Below the pieces are notes generated by a model. That model saw only the letters and a list, made by a program, of their open reading frames with translations, was not told the DNA's origin and did not search any database. 64,000 nt of DNA. It comes from an uncultured archaeon. Its GTDB lineage: Archaea > Asgardarchaeota > Thorarchaeia > Thorarchaeales > Thorarchaeaceae. A program made the position numbers and the translations under genes. Positions within the stretch are counted from its first letter, which is position 1, and each line of letters opens with the position of its first letter. Location of the stretch: NCBI GenBank assembly GCA_964610875.1, contig CAZSWP010000013.1, positions 18,872-82,871 of the forward strand. Reading direction: 5' to 3'. Below are positions 60,706-64,000 of this stretch, piece after piece.

Positions 60706-61347
60706 ATTTCAGGCACCTCACGTTGGTGTCAAGTCTTCGACATCGTTTATCCGTATGCTATATTGTAATAAAATGCTAGGTGTGTACCTCATTTTCCCCA
60801 CAACTTGGCAACTAATAGTAGAGGACCTATGGGAAGATGTTTTCAATATGAGTTAGCTATATTGAAGCGCCAGACTCTCAATAATTAGAGTTTCATTGGA
60901 TTAAAAGACAATGCTAAGCAAAAAACAAATCCTTTCTGGGTTTTCGTAATTGCTATCCGTCGCCCCATTAAAGGAGAAGCAAATCATCCATTGTGCTATT
61001 TTGAGTATGCGGTAGTTCAAAAGTTGACCTAGTACAATAACTAGATTATGCCAAACCTAAATTATATACAATACTAAGAAAAAGGTGTAGGGTCCAGAGT
61101 AGCAACAGGTTGTGCAAACCGGTTCATTTTTTTCTGTCTCCTCACACGCACTTCTGGACCTTATTATCCTGTATGCGTGTTTCATATCAAACGGTTCACT
61201 ATAATGAAATAGAGACTATCACTACTAGATCTTAGTGTAATTTAATTTCAAGTATTCAGAGTACTCATCATAAGAAATGGTTCCATTCTAGTAATACGAT
61301 ATTATGATAAAAAGACAAACTAAATTAGACTTTTTCGGAATATTCCA

Positions 61348-62475
61348 ATGTGTGGTGGTTTCAATTTGGATTCCATGTGCAAAAAGTCAAGATTAGTAGT
61401 TGTCACAATAATATTTCTATTCAGTCTATTATTGGGTTATACAATAGTACTAGGCACTCCAACGCTTACTATAGACCGCGAACGGTCTCAAATTCTTGAT
61501 GATGAGTACACGCTAACCAACACTAATGGAGTTCAGACTCTTGAGATGCCTGATACAACATACGAGGTAGAGATAACCAGTCTCGAAACAAATGGAAGCA
61601 GTGTAGAAATTAGAGGATTCGGTGAGAACGGGACGTTCGTCATTCTAGAAAATGTATCATCCATTGATGGTCATTCCATAGTTATGACTCTTGGAAACCA
61701 AAGATGGTATGATCCAGAAGAATGGAATGTCACCATTCGTAGACAAGATGCTGATGCAATTGTATCCATAATTGCTACAATACATTACTACGATCCCATT
61801 GTGGTTGATTTTGCTCCACGACCAAACTATGGTATTTTTGGAATTATGTTTGCGGCCATTTGTCTGTATTACTTATTCATGATTGATAGAAACTGTAGAA
61901 TGAAGAATGGAGAACTCAATTGGGAAAGAAAACAAGGACCATTAGCTATCATTGCGCTAGTTATTATTGGATCATTACTCATGATGCCATATACAGTAGT
62001 AGCTGCCGCGGGAGCAGGATTGCCATTTGAAACATGGACATCCACTACGAGCAGGAACCTGCAGTATGACTTGGATTTAGATGAGCCAGTAGCTGAGATT
62101 GACTTGGAGAATCTGATTGAAAATTGTGACAATTGTATAATTCATGTTGATAGCAATATGAAAAGTGTATTGTTGATTTTCGAAAGTGAAAATGATGCGC
62201 ATAATATAGCAACTGCTTCAAATATCATCAGCGGATACAGTTTTTCACTCAATATTACACCCATACTCAACGAAATAAAAACTCTAAGGATGGAACGGAT
62301 AGATAGCAATGTCACTGTGAGCATATCCATCCAAATAACACATACTTACACTGATTTCAACTGGTTCGTCATACCATATCTTGGATTGCTAGTAATGGGA
62401 ATAATTCCTCTTTCTATGGCTGTCATTCGTGCCAGAAGAATTGACATTTTACCAAACGAAGAGAATGGCTATTGA
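61348..62475 (+). CDS. Hypothetical membrane protein with two similar extracellular domains
   Basis: TM segments; R...V..SI...I...Y motif occurs twice. Confidence 0.65.
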   Translation: MCGGFNLDSMCKKSRLVVVTIIFLFSLLLGYTIVLGTPTLTIDRERSQILDDEYTLTNTNGVQTLEMPDTTYEVEITSLETNGSSVEIRGFGENGTFVILENVSSIDGHSIVMTLGNQRWYDPEEWNVTIRRQDADAIVSIIATIHYYDPIVVDFAPRPNYGIFGIMFAAICLYYLFMIDRNCRMKNGELNWERKQGPLAIIALVIIGSLLMMPYTVVAAAGAGLPFETWTSTTSRNLQYDLDLDEPVAEIDLENLIENCDNCIIHVDSNMKSVLLIFESENDAHNIATASNIISGYSFSLNITPILNEIKTLRMERIDSNVTVSISIQITHTYTDFNWFVIPYLGLLVMGIIPLSMAVIRARRIDILPNEENGY

Positions 62476-62541
62476 CTCATATACCAATTTGGATAAACTA
62501 TATCAAAGAGTGGCCTCAATCACTAACATTGTGAGAAGAAG

Positions 62542-63435
62542 ATGCAGCTCAACCCGTTTGACCAGTTTGTGGAACTCATACGAACACTGCTAACACCATT
62601 CCAGCTTCAGGATTATGCGATAATAGTGGCAATAATTCCATTTCTCATTATCATCTATCTATTGTATTTGATAACTGTCCGTGTAGTTAAGATATCATTC
62701 AGAAGAGTAGGTATGCCTCAGGAAGCTACCACCAGTATCGTCTTCATTGTGCGTCTGGTATATTTTGGTTTAGCCTTAATTGCTGCCTTGGCTGCGACCA
62801 ACTTTATCGTTGGTGAAGGGATAATTGCTTTTGGAGCATTGATTGGAACTGCAATCGGACTCGCCTTTTCAAGGTCACTAGGAAACCTAGTGAGTGGCCT
62901 GTATCTCTTTGCATCACGACCATTTCGTGTAGGGGATTACGTTCGAATTGGCCACCATGAAGGTCTAGTCACTGATATCACCTTGAATTACACAAGAGTC
63001 GTTCTCCCAGACTTCACACGACAGTATATTCCCAATGCCAGAGTCATCGAGTCAGAATTGACAAACTTTCGTATTCGTATTGATGATTATTTGACAAACA
63101 GAGGAGAAGAATACAAACGTGAAGTTGCCAGAAAGGACCGTCTACACGATGCATATGATAAGCTCAAATTCCTGACGAAAGGAGAAGAGATCTATAGATA
63201 CACCTTTGAAATATATGTACACAAGGATTTTAATCTGGGCGGCGTCAGGGAAAAATTCGATGAACTATGTGCCAAATGGGAAGACAAATTCCTTCAACGT
63301 CCAGAGTACTTCTACTACAATAACCAAAACTTTGGGGTTGTATACAGATTCGGTGTGATCGTGCAAGACCCCAAGACGATTCTGACAGATGTTGCTGATT
63401 TCTCTGCAGAAGTCGCACAATCGTTCCAAACATGA
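62542..63435 (+). CDS. mscS: MscS-family mechanosensitive channel
   Basis: GLA....N..SG.....RPF.VGD...IG...G.V..I motif. Confidence 0.88.
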   Translation: MQLNPFDQFVELIRTLLTPFQLQDYAIIVAIIPFLIIIYLLYLITVRVVKISFRRVGMPQEATTSIVFIVRLVYFGLALIAALAATNFIVGEGIIAFGALIGTAIGLAFSRSLGNLVSGLYLFASRPFRVGDYVRIGHHEGLVTDITLNYTRVVLPDFTRQYIPNARVIESELTNFRIRIDDYLTNRGEEYKREVARKDRLHDAYDKLKFLTKGEEIYRYTFEIYVHKDFNLGGVREKFDELCAKWEDKFLQRPEYFYYNNQNFGVVYRFGVIVQDPKTILTDVADFSAEVAQSFQT

Positions 63436-63785
63436 TTCATAGCAAATTGAAGAGGACTGCAGTCTTTCGGTTGTAAATGCCACAAGCTGGTCATGAGAAG
63501 TTCTAGTGAAAGAGCTTCCATTTACAAGATATTTCCCGCGAATCTTTTCATCTTTACTTAACAATGGATAATGAATCTATCAAATACATATCATAAGTCG
63601 CACGACCACGCCTTCATGCTGTAACCAGCTGTAATACGTAACAGTCCGATAGATATGACATGATGAGAGTTGAGGGACCTACTCGTTTTAAAAAACTAGT
63701 AGATATTGCTATTAATAGGACTACAAAATTTGATAAACAATTACGCTGATTTACTAGATACCTGTTTGGATGATATAGCTAGGCT

Positions 63786-64000
63786 TTATTCAACAATAAA
63801 GTGAGGACTATAGACACCAACTCCATGCTCTATAACATCCCCACCAATCTTGGCATTGTTGCAATAGTAGAAGTCTGCGTTGACATTGTCACCTCTCAAT
63901 ACAATGCCTACTGGCATCGCAGTCCCAATTGTGATATTTGCATGTGCAATCCCAGCCGCATCATAGACATCAAGGAGTGTTGGATTGTCCACGTATCGTA
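63786..64000 (-). CDS. 3' end of a gene running in from beyond the window
   Basis: Open frame up to the window edge. Confidence 0.4.
   Translation of the reverse strand, partial: RYVDNPTLLDVYDAAGIAHANITIGTAMPVGIVLRGDNVNADFYYCNNAKIGGDVIEHGVGVYSPHFIVE

Noticed and set aside
61091-61160. GGTCCAGA/TCTGGACC inverted repeat in the long gap upstream of the hydrogenase
   Set aside because: A single 8-bp stem with no supporting copy or covariation

Overview
Archaeal genomic window, most likely from an Asgard archaeon (Thorarchaeia-like; inferred from a bona fide eukaryote-type actin, an archaeal exosome/proteasome superoperon and the gene repertoire). Core content: actin, a t6A/tRNA-modification cluster, histidine degradation (hutI, hutH, hutU), a class II photolyase, ECF and Zn-type ABC transporters, the psmA-SBDS-rrp4-rrp41-rrp42-rpl37ae-Brix-pcc1-pfdB operon, AOR and a group 3b [NiFe] hydrogenase. 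Three observations stand out. (1) Two conserved protein genes, actin and urocanate hydratase, each carry a 30-nt stop-containing insertion. Each insertion folds into a relaxed bulge-helix-bulge (BHB) motif, and the predicted endonuclease cuts restore the conserved protein exactly, so these are candidate mRNA micro-introns. (2) Downstream of actin lie three further copies of the actin 3' end plus terminator hairpin. They are identical in amino acids but synonymously recoded, and they separate accessory gene cassettes, giving a tandem integration array that targets the site where the intron sits. (3) A dispersed ~187-nt structured repeat occurs in four copies, with compensatory base changes and a variable internal domain. 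No rRNA, tRNA, CRISPR array, integrase or transposase was recognised.
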